DNA from: Nitrospirota bacterium
GTDB lineage: Bacteria; Nitrospirota; Nitrospiria; Nitrospirales; Nitrospiraceae
Length of the DNA stretch: 64,000 nt
Reading direction: 5' to 3'
Assembly: GCA_963701855.1 (NCBI GenBank)
Contig: CAVPBK010000011.1
Span: 1 to 64,000 of the forward strand
The notes under the pieces were generated by a model, which saw nothing but the letters and a program-made list of their open reading frames with translations, was not told the DNA's origin and made no database searches. Below are positions 23,060 through 32,786 of the stretch, piece by piece. How positions within the stretch are numbered: position 1 is the stretch's first letter; every line of letters begins with the position of its first letter. The translations under genes and the position numbers were made by a program.

Positions 23060-23890
23060 ATGAACACCATGTCAAATCCATCCGCGTTCTAGCATACGCT
23101 CGATCGCGCGGCCAGACTGAACCCCTGGGAACGCGTGGTTGTGGTCGCCGCCCGGCACCATCAATATGAAGTCTGGCCCCAGCTCGATGGACGGCTTGCG
23201 GGCGTGGTGCTATTCCAGCCAAAGAAGGTGGTACAGCGGCCGAAATCTGCCCCTCACCTTCATTCTTGCACGCGACCCAGAGGCGACTGTCGTGACTTAT
23301 CCATCGGATCATTTCATCTCCCCGGAAGATTCGTTTTTGTTAGCTGTGAAACAGGCGATGCAGGGTAGCACCGGACTGGGAAGCCAGCCGGTCCTGCTTG
23401 CGGCCAAGCCGGATAGCTTAGAACTAGAGTATGGGTGGATCAAGCCAGGACGAGTACTTGGTCGGGCGAGGATGGCGCCATTCAAGCCGTGGAGACGTTC
23501 TTTGAAAAACCAGTCGAGGGGACGGTTCGGAAAGCGAGGGCCACAGGCGGCCTGTGGAATACGATGGTACTTGTAGCCAAAGGAAAAGAACTTTGGAGCT
23601 TGGGATGGAAGTGCTTTCCTGAAATGATGGCTCTCTTCAAACGGCTGAAAAGGGCGGTCGCTACCGTCGAGGAACTGCGGATCCTCGACGCGATCTATGA
23701 CGTTATGCCGCGTCGGAACTTCTCTTCGCACCTGCTCCAATGTACGTCGGAGCAGTTCGCGGTGTCGGAGATGCGGGATGTCCTCTGGAGCGACTGGGGC
23801 AATCCGGAGCGTATCCTGTCGCGCCTCGAGAAGTTCAGGAAACAACCGGCGACTGCCCAGGATCCACTCTCGTTCCTGTACGTAGGGTGA
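23060..23890 (+). pseudogene. mannose-1-phosphate guanylyltransferase-like gene, decayed and 5'-truncated
   Basis: YPSDHFI, EYGWIKPG, FFEKP, LWNTMV and WSDWG motifs spread over several frames. Confidence 0.8.
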
Positions 23891-23933
23891 GAGATTGTTC
23901 AGTACATTTCTTTAACGAAGGAGACCTGACGCG

Positions 23934-24827
23934 ATGAATATTCTTGTGATTGGAGGGACCGGAATGGCTGGACCTCATATCGTACAGGGTCTTGTGGCCA
24001 AAGGAGAACAGGTCCATGTCCTCACCCGCTCAGCCGACAAGGCCGATGTCCTTCCACTTGGGGCCAACGGCATTATTGGCGACCTCCACAAGCCAGAGAC
24101 ACTGCGCTGGGCCATGAGAGGAATTGATCGTGTATTTCTAGTCACACCGCTCAGCCCGACAGAAAGGGAAGAGGGGTTGGCGGTCGTGGCGGCGGCGAAT
24201 CGCGCCGGTGTTCGACACCTCATTTATCTGTCGATGTATCATGCAGAACGGGCTCCGCACATTCCTCATTTCAAGTCCAAGATGGAGATCCAGAAGGCGC
24301 TTAGGGATTCGGGGATGGCGTTCACGCTGATCATGGCCAATACCGTTTTTCAGAACGATCTGGCCTACCGCAAGTCGATTCTCGAGGAAGGGATCTATCC
24401 GCAGCCGATCGGAGACATCGGCCTGAATCGTGTCGACGTGCGCGATATCGCGGATGCTGTGGTCGCGACCCTTACCCAAACCGGGCATGAGTTCCACTGC
24501 TACCCGCTGATCGGCTCGGAAGTATTGACCGGGCAGGACGTAGCGGAGGCCTACACTCGCGCCCTTGGGCGTAAAGTCCGGTACGGCGGAAATAATCTCG
24601 ATGTCTGGGAGAATAAGGCTAGGCACACGTTGCCTGGCTGGTTGGTCTCAGATTTGAAACTCATGTATGAATTCTTTCAACACCGTGGGCTCTTGGCGAG
24701 CGAAGCAGACTTTGCCCTGCAAGCGAAGGTGCTCGGCCATCATCCTCGCTGCTTTCATACGTTTGTCGAAGAGACGGTTACGGCATGGGAACGAGATGGT
24801 CCTCGCGAATGCGCGACAGTGGTGTAA
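23934..24827 (+). CDS. NmrA-like NAD(P)-binding protein
   Basis: ILVIGGTGMAG Rossmann motif, PHFKSK, VDVRDIA. Confidence 0.88.
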   Translation: MNILVIGGTGMAGPHIVQGLVAKGEQVHVLTRSADKADVLPLGANGIIGDLHKPETLRWAMRGIDRVFLVTPLSPTEREEGLAVVAAANRAGVRHLIYLSMYHAERAPHIPHFKSKMEIQKALRDSGMAFTLIMANTVFQNDLAYRKSILEEGIYPQPIGDIGLNRVDVRDIADAVVATLTQTGHEFHCYPLIGSEVLTGQDVAEAYTRALGRKVRYGGNNLDVWENKARHTLPGWLVSDLKLMYEFFQHRGLLASEADFALQAKVLGHHPRCFHTFVEETVTAWERDGPRECATVV

Positions 24828-24914
24828 AGAAACCGGTGCATTCTATATAAAGGATAGCTCACAGGGGTAGGGAGGGAGGACTCGATCTATGGGCGATATC
24901 GAAAGGAGGTCGCA

Positions 24915-25172
24915 ATGAAACTATACCTGGATAACGCCAATGTAAAAAAGACTCAGGAGGCCGCAGGTTTTGGCGTACTGAGCGATGTAACGCGAAACCT
25001 GTCACTGATGGCGATAGTACGGCATCACCAGCATGTGGTTGAGGCGGCTTTTGCCGGTGGCCATATCTGTACCATGCCGTCAGTGTGTGTCTAAGAGGAT
25101 ATCAAGCAGCCACTGACCGATCTGAGCGTGACTAAGTTTCTCGCGGATTGGAATGCTCAACTTCATCAGTAG
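24915..25172 (+). pseudogene. transaldolase/Fsa (TalC-type) remnant with a large internal deletion
   Basis: MKLYLDNANV...VTRNLSL joined to VRHHQHVVEAAFAGGHICTMP...PLTDLSVTKFLADW; AAGGAGG RBS. Confidence 0.75.
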
Positions 25173-25198
25173 CAAACAGCCAGAGGAGAAATCACACT

Positions 25199-25657
25199 GT
25201 GGATCTGAAAAGCCTTATTCATCGAGAGATCGGTGAAGGGTTGGCTGAAGAGAAGTTGGCCTCTGTCGTTGGAGTATCTGTGCGAACGATTGCCGGCAGT
25301 CTGGTGGGCGAACTCCCGCAAGACCAAGCAATCTGGGGGCAATTTGCGCGGCATTTTCGAATTCATGCTGATTTACAGCGGTTTGATGGTCCACCGCACG
25401 CAGAGGGACTGTTCGACCTAATTAGTGAGAACAACGAGGAACAGCATAATACCCTTTGTATTGTGAGGGCCCATGAAGGCAAAGACCTTGCGTACGGAGA
25501 AATGCGATGTGCTGGAAAGAAAAACGAATGCAAAGGCGACATGACGTGGGTCTGGGGAAAGGGCGGGTTCAAGGGTATTACGGGCACGACGCCATTCGTC
25601 GCCGGCATCTACATTGAGCAAGGAAAAACGGGGCGGATTCACGGAAGCGCACACTGA
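25199..25657 (+). pseudogene. XRE-like HTH fragment fused to unrelated sequence
   Basis: EEKLASVVGVSVRTI HTH-like segment; remainder not recognised. Confidence 0.4.
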
Positions 25658-25917
25658 CCGGAGATGACCTATATGCTGCCGTAGAGATTAAACACAATCA
25701 TAAACAAAGGCTTATGAGGATACCGGCCGAGGAACTTCCATGTTGTTCTAATGATAATCGCCGGAGAGGTACCGTGGCCTAGTTTCATGGTCGCCAGAGA
25801 CTGTGAACCAAAAACGTGAAAGACGCATCGTTCTCCAAAAGAATGCGGGGTTGGCTACTGCGCAAGCAATAATTTTCGTGACTTTACTATCGCAAGATCG
25901 TAAGATCGCGTTGAAGG

Positions 25918-26015
25918 GGAAACTAGGGTTCCGGCTGCCTTTACTGGGAGTGTCTGGTCCAAGAGTTTCCGGTCTCGCATGACGAGGCTCCACGGAGGGA
26001 TAAAAGCCCGGGAGA
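25918..26015 (+). ncRNA. guanidine-I riboswitch (ykkC-yxkD subtype 1)
   Basis: CTAGGGTTCCG...GGTCCAAGAG...CACGGAGGGATAAAAGCCCGGGAG; P1 pairing GGAAAC/GTTTCC. Confidence 0.93.
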
Positions 26016-26148
26016 TCATGTACTTAGATGTACATGCCCTTCTCGGAGTTTAACCCGCTCGACAAGGAGGCTTCGTGATGCACTTCCATCTCATAGTTCT
26101 TTGCGGACCGGATCAGTCTGACCTGCTGCCAAGTCAGGGAGGACTGTT

Positions 26149-27585
26149 ATGCTAATCAAAGAAAGTCTGAATCCGGACCTTCCTATAACCGCCACGACCG
26201 GCGCCGAAACACTCAACCGCAGTCTGAGTCTCTGGAATAGCCTGACTATTGGCTTCGCAACCGTTTCACCGGTGGCGGGGCTCTATGCCATCATTGGTGT
26301 GCAGACGGTGGTGACGGGGGGCGGTTGGTTTGGCGCGCTGGCGCTCTGCCTCGTGATGCAGATGTTTGTGGCTACCGTCTATGCTGAGCTATCTTCGCAG
26401 ATTCCGATTGCGGGAGGCGCGTACAAGTGGGCGCGGCAGCTCGGAGGCTCCATCACGGGGAAGTATGCCGGTGTCATTTACGTCAGCTCCACAATCGCCA
26501 TGCTTACCACAACCGCATATACCGGCGGGGTGTGGCTTGCGCTTTTTTTTGGATTTGAGAGTGGAGGAGGGCTGACCTTGGTGATATGGGGCGCCATATT
26601 TTTGTTGCTCTGCACGGTGCTCAATCTGGCTCACGTGAATGTGTTTAAGGTGGTTATTTCCCTTGGTGTGTATGCGGAAATCGTCGGGTCGTTCGGCGTG
26701 GCGCTGCTGCTATTTCTTTTTTTTAGGCAACATTCATTTTCTGAACTGTTTCAGCATCTAGGCACGGGGACTGCGCCCAGCCAAACGGCCGCTTTTCTGG
26801 CGGCACTCGCCATTTCTGGCTGGGCCTTCATCGGTTTCGATGCCTGCTCCACCATTGCCGAAGAAACCCATAACCCCAAGCGGATGGTCCCGCGCGCGAT
26901 CTTTTTATCTCTCTGCATGGTGGGTGGGGTGGTGCTCTTCAATTCCGCCGCTCTGACATTGAGCTTCGATCGTGACACACTGTTGACTGCTAGTGCCACG
27001 TCCGATCCCGTTACACCTGTGATTGCCAGCAACTTTGGAGCTTGGGCTGAAGCGCCTTTTCTGGCGATCGTCATGATCGCGTTCCTGGCCTGCGGAGCAT
27101 CCATGGTGCAATACACGTCGCGCATCGTGTACTCCATGGCCCGCGAGGGCAATATGCCTCTGATGTTCAGCCGGGTGACGGCTTCCAAGATTCCACGCAA
27201 TGCGGTCATCTGCGTCGTGCTGCTGGCGGGGCTCGGGCTGCTGTTCGGGCTGAACGATGGGGCAGTGGCCACAATTATTGCCTTTGGCACAGGCGGGTTG
27301 TACGCCATGTTCGCGATGACCACCGGGGTCGGTCTCTATACCCGCCTGACGGGCCGCTGGAATCCAGCACTGGGTGAGTTGAAGCTGGGAAGCTGGGGAT
27401 TGGCGATCAATGTGACGGCCTTCCTCTGGTCGCTGTTTGAATTTGTCAACATCGCCTGGCCTCGTGTCTACGCTGTGTCGCCCAATGCACCCTGGTGGCA
27501 GCTCTGGGCTGTACCGCTTGTATTGGGAAGTATTTTAGGTGTCACGACACTGTATATACTGACCACCAACATCCGCCGGAATTAA
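26149..27585 (+). CDS. APC-superfamily permease, probable guanidine importer
   Basis: about 12 TM segments, AELSSQIPIAGGAY, GFDACSTIAEET; downstream of the guanidine riboswitch. Confidence 0.88.
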   Translation: MLIKESLNPDLPITATTGAETLNRSLSLWNSLTIGFATVSPVAGLYAIIGVQTVVTGGGWFGALALCLVMQMFVATVYAELSSQIPIAGGAYKWARQLGGSITGKYAGVIYVSSTIAMLTTTAYTGGVWLALFFGFESGGGLTLVIWGAIFLLLCTVLNLAHVNVFKVVISLGVYAEIVGSFGVALLLFLFFRQHSFSELFQHLGTGTAPSQTAAFLAALAISGWAFIGFDACSTIAEETHNPKRMVPRAIFLSLCMVGGVVLFNSAALTLSFDRDTLLTASATSDPVTPVIASNFGAWAEAPFLAIVMIAFLACGASMVQYTSRIVYSMAREGNMPLMFSRVTASKIPRNAVICVVLLAGLGLLFGLNDGAVATIIAFGTGGLYAMFAMTTGVGLYTRLTGRWNPALGELKLGSWGLAINVTAFLWSLFEFVNIAWPRVYAVSPNAPWWQLWAVPLVLGSILGVTTLYILTTNIRRN

Positions 27586-27952
27586 TTGGAGAAGATGGCG
27601 ATTAAATACTGGCAAACCGCGGCTCTCGGAATAGGTTGCTTCCTTCTAGTGTCCTGATATTCCACATCGATTGTACTGAGCGATGATGGCCAAGTGCTTA
27701 TCCTCAACGCTGCCACAGAAGCGATAAGAAATGACCAACTCGAAGTGTGCGGTCAGACATCCATGTTTGGGGAAATAGAACAGGGTAAAACTAAGGCGTC
27801 CAGTACAAAGTAAGATCAGACTCACAGTATACGCTAGAGGTGGAGTTTCACTCAGGAAGGAAACTGGAACAGAAACTTGGCGATGTCAGAAGCGGCCTAG
27901 ACTTTGAGGATATCTTGACATTGAGCGATCATGAAATGTCGTTAACCCGCCA

Positions 27953-28109
27953 GCAGGAAGCTGAAAATTTCGCTAGTGTAAAAAGATCATTATCTAGTCT
28001 GTTTGGTTTGTCTGACTTTTTGGTTGAACGAAACTAACCAGATAAAAAAACAAACCAGATGAATCAGACAAACCACGCACGACGAGGACAGCCTTTTTGA
28101 GCATCCTGC
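27953..28109. repeat. dispersed MITE-like repeat with GCAGGA..CTGAAAA / TTTTGAGCATCCTGC ends
   Basis: reverse-complement homologue at 43517-43654; internal 9-bp periodic repeats. Confidence 0.7.
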
Positions 28110-28193
28110 AGAAGTCTTCATCTCTAGCCTCCAACCCCGTGCCTCGGGCCAGAAAACTCACGATTGCAGCAGACATGTTCATGAACAATTCTG

Positions 28194-29342
28194 TTAGGGC
28201 TTTCTCCTATTCGGCAGATGGCCTGAGCGCACCTGGCAGGCCAATACATCCATGATTACGCGAGTGGAGATCAGGGCGGTGATCTCGGCTGCGTCGTAGG
28301 GAGGAGAACACTCCACGATCTCCATTCCGGCGATAGGTTTGCTGTCGGCGATGACTTGAAGAAACTTTAGCACTTCACGCGGCAGAAACCCGCCTGGTTC
28401 AGGCCAGCCTGTTCCAGGCACGAAGGCAGCGTCCAGACAATCTACATCGAAACTCAGCCAGACCGCGTCGACACCGTCCCAAGCCACTTCAAGTGCTTGT
28501 TTAGCGGCATTTTCAATCCCCATCTCCACGCAATCGGTGACGGTCATGATGGTGGTTTGGCGTTCACGTCCAGACTTCACACCGGGCCGTGGCGCCTGCC
28601 AGCCGCCGATCCCGATCTGCACGAGGTTTTTTGCCGGTACATTGGGCATGTTGGTCGCGTGAAACCAGGGTGTAGTGTGCATGCGTTCGTCGAGATCGGT
28701 CTCTTGTGTATCCACATGCCGGTCGAAGTGAATGATGCCGAGCTTGCCCCCTTGAAGATTCTCCGCGATCCCCCGGACAGTCGCGAAGCCAAGGGAATGA
28801 TCGCCGCCGAGCACCACGGGAAACGCCCCACTGGCGTAAACGTGTGAAACGCCCTTGCTCACCTGATCGAACGTCTTTTCAATGTTGCCAGGAATGGTAA
28901 ATACATCGCCAAGATCGCACATGGAAATGGACTCCCGCAGATCCACACCAAGCTCGAAGCTGTAGGATCCATACAAAGCAGAAATCTTGCGAATGCCCTG
29001 AGGGCCAAACCGCGTACCGGATCGATAGGTTGTGCCGCCATCGAACGGCGCCCCGAGAATCGCCACGTCGTACTGGCCGCACTTGCGTACGTCTTCGATG
29101 TAGGGTGCTTTGACAAACGTGTTGATGCCGGCGAAGTGGGGGAGTTCTCCCCGACTGAACGTGGGAATTCGGCGATCTTTAATGGAATCGGCGCCCGGCA
29201 GTCCCAATTCAAGGCCACGCGCTACTTCTTCTTCATACTTCGTGGTCGGAAGCAGCGCTTCCGCCTCAACGGCATATTTCGCCTCTGGGCCATAGTTGTC
29301 ATGCAGGGGAATCTCGCCTCTATATTTCCGCTCTTTAGCCAA
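28194..29342 (-). CDS. gdmH: ureohydrolase (arginase/agmatinase fold) of the guanidinase/guanidine hydrolase type
   Basis: GGDHS, DRHVD and SFDVD metal motifs; PGTGWPEPGG (Trp where agmatinases have Thr); GELPHFAG; MHTTPW; TTG start with AAGGAG RBS; next to the guanidine riboswitch permease. Confidence 0.85.
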   Translation of the reverse strand: MAKERKYRGEIPLHDNYGPEAKYAVEAEALLPTTKYEEEVARGLELGLPGADSIKDRRIPTFSRGELPHFAGINTFVKAPYIEDVRKCGQYDVAILGAPFDGGTTYRSGTRFGPQGIRKISALYGSYSFELGVDLRESISMCDLGDVFTIPGNIEKTFDQVSKGVSHVYASGAFPVVLGGDHSLGFATVRGIAENLQGGKLGIIHFDRHVDTQETDLDERMHTTPWFHATNMPNVPAKNLVQIGIGGWQAPRPGVKSGRERQTTIMTVTDCVEMGIENAAKQALEVAWDGVDAVWLSFDVDCLDAAFVPGTGWPEPGGFLPREVLKFLQVIADSKPIAGMEIVECSPPYDAAEITALISTRVIMDVLACQVRSGHLPNRRKP

Positions 29343-29597
29343 GACGTCACTCCTTGTATCCGAACGTTGATATCGACTCTAGCAGGATGCTGGAGAAGTT
29401 GCTTTTACGAACCGTGAAAGATGAACTTCGAGGCGGTTGCGTGCTTGTCCTGAGAAACCTTTCACATTCTACGTTTCACCTTTCACGATCGCCAATCCTA
29501 CATTTTGAGCGGGATTTTAGGGGTACAGGGAATGAAAGTCAAACGATACTGGGACACCTACGGACATGCCCGCCCACTCTCTCATACCTCTTGGATA

Positions 29598-29737
29598 GCG
29601 ACTCCGTAGGGGGAACGGGCAAACTGGCAGACCGTCGAACGGTATATGCAGCGGCAAGGGCAGCCTCAAGAAGATCTCCGGCAGCTCCAAATGTTTTAGT
29701 TCTCTGATACCCCCGCAGCTTGCTGCGGGGAGCTTCA
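29598..29737 (+). mobile_element. IS200/IS605 remnant: tnpA 3' end plus end hairpin
   Basis: 29613-29699 encodes ERANWQTVERYMQRQGQPQEDLRQLQMF* (YxxxQ of Y1 transposases), then the palindrome CCCCGCAGC-TT-GCTGCGGGG. Confidence 0.7.
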
Positions 29738-30039
29738 TTGGCGCGGTGCTATGACGAATTTCCCGGAGACCCAGACGTCGATACCGGGTCGAGTCTGCGC
29801 AGCGCGATGACATGTCGCCACAGAATTCGAAAGGGCCGTTCCAGGATACGCTGGAGCGAAGGGCTCTGCCACCCAATTCCCAGCCTGCCATCCTTCGAAG
29901 GTAACTCATTTAGGTCTTTTGCAGAGGGTACAGGGTGGATAGGCTTTCTCATAAGACGAGGGTCGTGTGCAGTATCGCATTCTATGTTGTCGCCACCAAT
30001 CGTGCGGGTATCCATGAGAGATCGAAGGAGGGCCATGCC

Positions 30040-30394
30040 ATGGTTTCTCGCCAGAAAAATATCGGAGACTCTCGGGCTAGTAGCGCTTCCCGTTCCAGTG
30101 TTTCATCATCCTTGCGAGCGGCATGCAGTGGATGAGGGACGGACTCTTAATATGTCAGAGTGTGGCTGTTTAGTAGAAAGCTCCCTGCCAGTCAAAGTGA
30201 GAGATAACTTTCAGTTGCGCCTTTCTTTTCAGGAATCCGAGCCGTCCATGCGTGTGTCTCAGGCCGCTGTATGCTGGGTCAGGGGCCTCCGATTTGGCAT
30301 CGAGTTTATTGAGATCGAACACAAGGATCGCGTTCGCCTCAACCGCTATGTCAGGCTACTTGGAGGGAATCCATGGGCAAGAACTTACGATTAG
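30040..30394 (+). CDS. PilZ-domain protein, N-terminus frameshifted
   Basis: GRTLNMSECGC, VCWVRGLRFGIEF; start position approximate. Confidence 0.65.
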
Positions 30395-30703
30395 CTCAAG
30401 GCTTGTGAAAGTGTCAGCAGCCGTTTTCGTAAATCGCCCGCAAGTAGAGTCTGCAGGGGATCTAACGGATATATTCTCCTTCTACCACACATCGATCACA
30501 TAGCATGATGCTGGAATAGTATGCCAGTAGAAGAAGATCGCCGCTAGTATCCCATGAAGCTCGTCTCGTTTCCGGATAGAATCTGATGGCTAAAAGCTGA
30601 TTGCTGATAGCTTTATTTGTGAAATAGGATCGACGCTTCATGCGCCAGCGTAGCGTGTTGGCGGTTGCAACAGAAAGTCTTTGTGGGTGAATACAGATTA
30701 AGA

Positions 30704-31204
30704 TCAGGCTGCTTTGTCAGCTGGAAGGGCCTCGTTGTCCTCTGCGTGCATCTTCAGCTGCAAAGTGAATTGTTCGAGTTCGCTGATACGCCGATCTCGT
30801 TCGGCGAGCTGTAGCTCGACTTCATGGAGTGCGACTCGATGCTGCTCCTCCCGTTTAGTGAGTTGTACGTCTAGCCACTCAACCAATCCCCCTGCCGACT
30901 CCGATTCCTGGAGTTGCATGTGAAGTCGATCGGTATCGACACACTGATTTCCCACGATCATGGAGCGCTCCTGCGAAGAGAGTAATTCTTCTTCTTTGAT
31001 CGAATGCATCTTCGAGGCGGAGTCTCTCAACTGATACCTCGCCTTCTCCAACATCTGCTCTTTGAGATGCATCATGGCGGTGACGTCCGCGAGCTGTTGT
31101 GTGAGTTTGCCTGCGGATACGTTACTCAGCAACCATCCGACTGCGCCGCCGATGCATGCCGCGATAATGAGACATCCCAACATTTGGTTGATGAACATGC
31201 TCAT
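30704..31204 (-). CDS. membrane-anchored coiled-coil protein; shortened paralogue of 32787-34115
   Basis: near-identical N-terminus QMLGCLIxAAxIGGAVGWLL; lacks the C-terminal HhH domain. Confidence 0.75.
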   Translation of the reverse strand: MSMFINQMLGCLIIAACIGGAVGWLLSNVSAGKLTQQLADVTAMMHLKEQMLEKARYQLRDSASKMHSIKEEELLSSQERSMIVGNQCVDTDRLHMQLQESESAGGLVEWLDVQLTKREEQHRVALHEVELQLAERDRRISELEQFTLQLKMHAEDNEALPADKAA

Positions 31205-32241
31205 AACTCGGGCTGTCCTTTCACTCGTAGTTCGATACGCCGGTTGCGCTGGAGGCCGGCGCGTTTCTCCGATACCGACAACGGTTGTGAGGCGCCGTAG
31301 CCGACGGCAGTGAACTGGTTGGTCAAGCCGTGTTTGTTAAAGTAGCGCCGCACAGCTTCAGCGCGGCGGTGGCTGAGTTGAAGGTTATACTCCGGCTCAC
31401 CGTACTTGTCCGTATGCCCGCCAATCTCAATGGCCGTGCGAGGAGCATGCCGTAATTGGTCAGTCAGCCGGTCCAGTGTGGCAAAACTGCTGGGAGTCAT
31501 CGTGGTGCTGTTCGATTCAAACTCGATAGATGTGCGCGAGAGAATCTCATTCAATGTCTTCTGGAGCGAGGAGGGGGTGATCTCAATCAGTGATGGAGCA
31601 GCCGGGGGTGGGGCTACCGGCAGAGATGGAGACTGCGGGGCTATGGCCACCAACAAGGATGGAGTCTTCGTGGCAGGAGCTTTGGGGGATGGGGCCGCTA
31701 CCAGGGATGGCATCTTTGGAGATGGAACTTTGGGAGAGGAAGTTTTCATGGACCTACCCGCCGAGGATGAACCAGCCAGAATACGATCTTCCAACTCCAG
31801 CCCTGCCTGCGTTAGAGGGGCAATATTTTGTAGTATGGTGGCCTTGATACGATTGTCGCCGACCCGGCCGCTGACGACAATCGTGCGGCCGTCGATGATG
31901 ATGGAACCTCGTTCCGCCATATATCCTAAGACGGGGAGGACTTGGGAAAGGTTGTCGGCCCAGGCGACAGGCCTCACCCTTGGATCTACAGCCAACTCGT
32001 CAACGACGTTGCCTGGCGTGGCTCCATAGAGTTCGTGGGCCCTTTGAAGAATTGCGGCCTTGCTGGTCTCATTGGGAAGCGAGCCACGGAGGATCAATGT
32101 CCCATACTCCACACGCGCATGAAAGTTGGCAGGGATAGGGGCGCCTAATGCTGTTGATAGGGGAGCGTGGCCTGGAAGGCAGATGGCGGCAAGAATGACA
32201 AGTGCAACAATTCCAGCTGCTAAAATCACTGCACTCTTCAT
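31201..32241 (-). CDS. ArfA/Rv0899-like BON + OmpA peptidoglycan-binding protein with Pro-rich linker
   Basis: N-terminal TM, LRGSLPNETSKAAI...VVDELAVDPRV, GHTD...NLQLSHRRA...NRRIEL. Confidence 0.8.
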   Translation of the reverse strand: MKSAVILAAGIVALVILAAICLPGHAPLSTALGAPIPANFHARVEYGTLILRGSLPNETSKAAILQRAHELYGATPGNVVDELAVDPRVRPVAWADNLSQVLPVLGYMAERGSIIIDGRTIVVSGRVGDNRIKATILQNIAPLTQAGLELEDRILAGSSSAGRSMKTSSPKVPSPKMPSLVAAPSPKAPATKTPSLLVAIAPQSPSLPVAPPPAAPSLIEITPSSLQKTLNEILSRTSIEFESNSTTMTPSSFATLDRLTDQLRHAPRTAIEIGGHTDKYGEPEYNLQLSHRRAEAVRRYFNKHGLTNQFTAVGYGASQPLSVSEKRAGLQRNRRIELRVKGQPEL

Positions 32242-32786
32242 GGCTGCCTCTTGGACCAACAGGCTCCTACATGTCTCAGTAAAACCTACCAGAAAAGTGA
32301 AAAAATGGTGGCAGGAGCCACCCTTACCAAAAATAACTTTCTATATCTAAGTCTGGGACAGGGTGTGGTCTGAATGCCTGGTCTGAACTCATGCCCTTCG
32401 CGGCAACGCTGTCTTCTAAGGACGTTCTGGTTGGGTTTTCGCAGAAACTGCACGGCCAGAATGTATCGATCCTAAACAAGGATATATTGTCATAACTTTC
32501 ATATGGTTAGGTGAAAAATGCTCTGGTTGCATCCTGTCTCGGGAGGCAGGGGTCTGAAACCATTCTCTGAGTGAATGATCTGAATTGACTTGGGCCTATG
32601 CCGTAACCATTTAGAAGATGCCTAGGATTTGAGTTTGCCTGGAATCAAGCTGAGGCCGCGATGGCGTTGTCTAAGAGGTTTTTCCCTGGGTAGTCAGAAA
32701 GGACGGTTTCGGAAGGCGCTGGAATGACCACCGATGCTTGCGAATGACGCCTCACGAGAAATGCGCCACGATGGGAGTGAGCCGCG

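Noticed and set aside
27990..28075. CRISPR array in the periodic intergenic repeats
   Set aside because: Units are 7-9 bp and degenerate, with no unique spacers and no cas genes in the window.
29343..29600. guanidine-II or guanidine-III riboswitch upstream of the guanidinase
   Set aside because: I found no paired ACGR hairpins or ykkC-III consensus on the minus strand; the stretch is repeat and IS remnant.
29775..29890. fluoride, glycine or c-di-GMP riboswitch
   Set aside because: Only isolated words resemble these families and the core conserved elements are missing.
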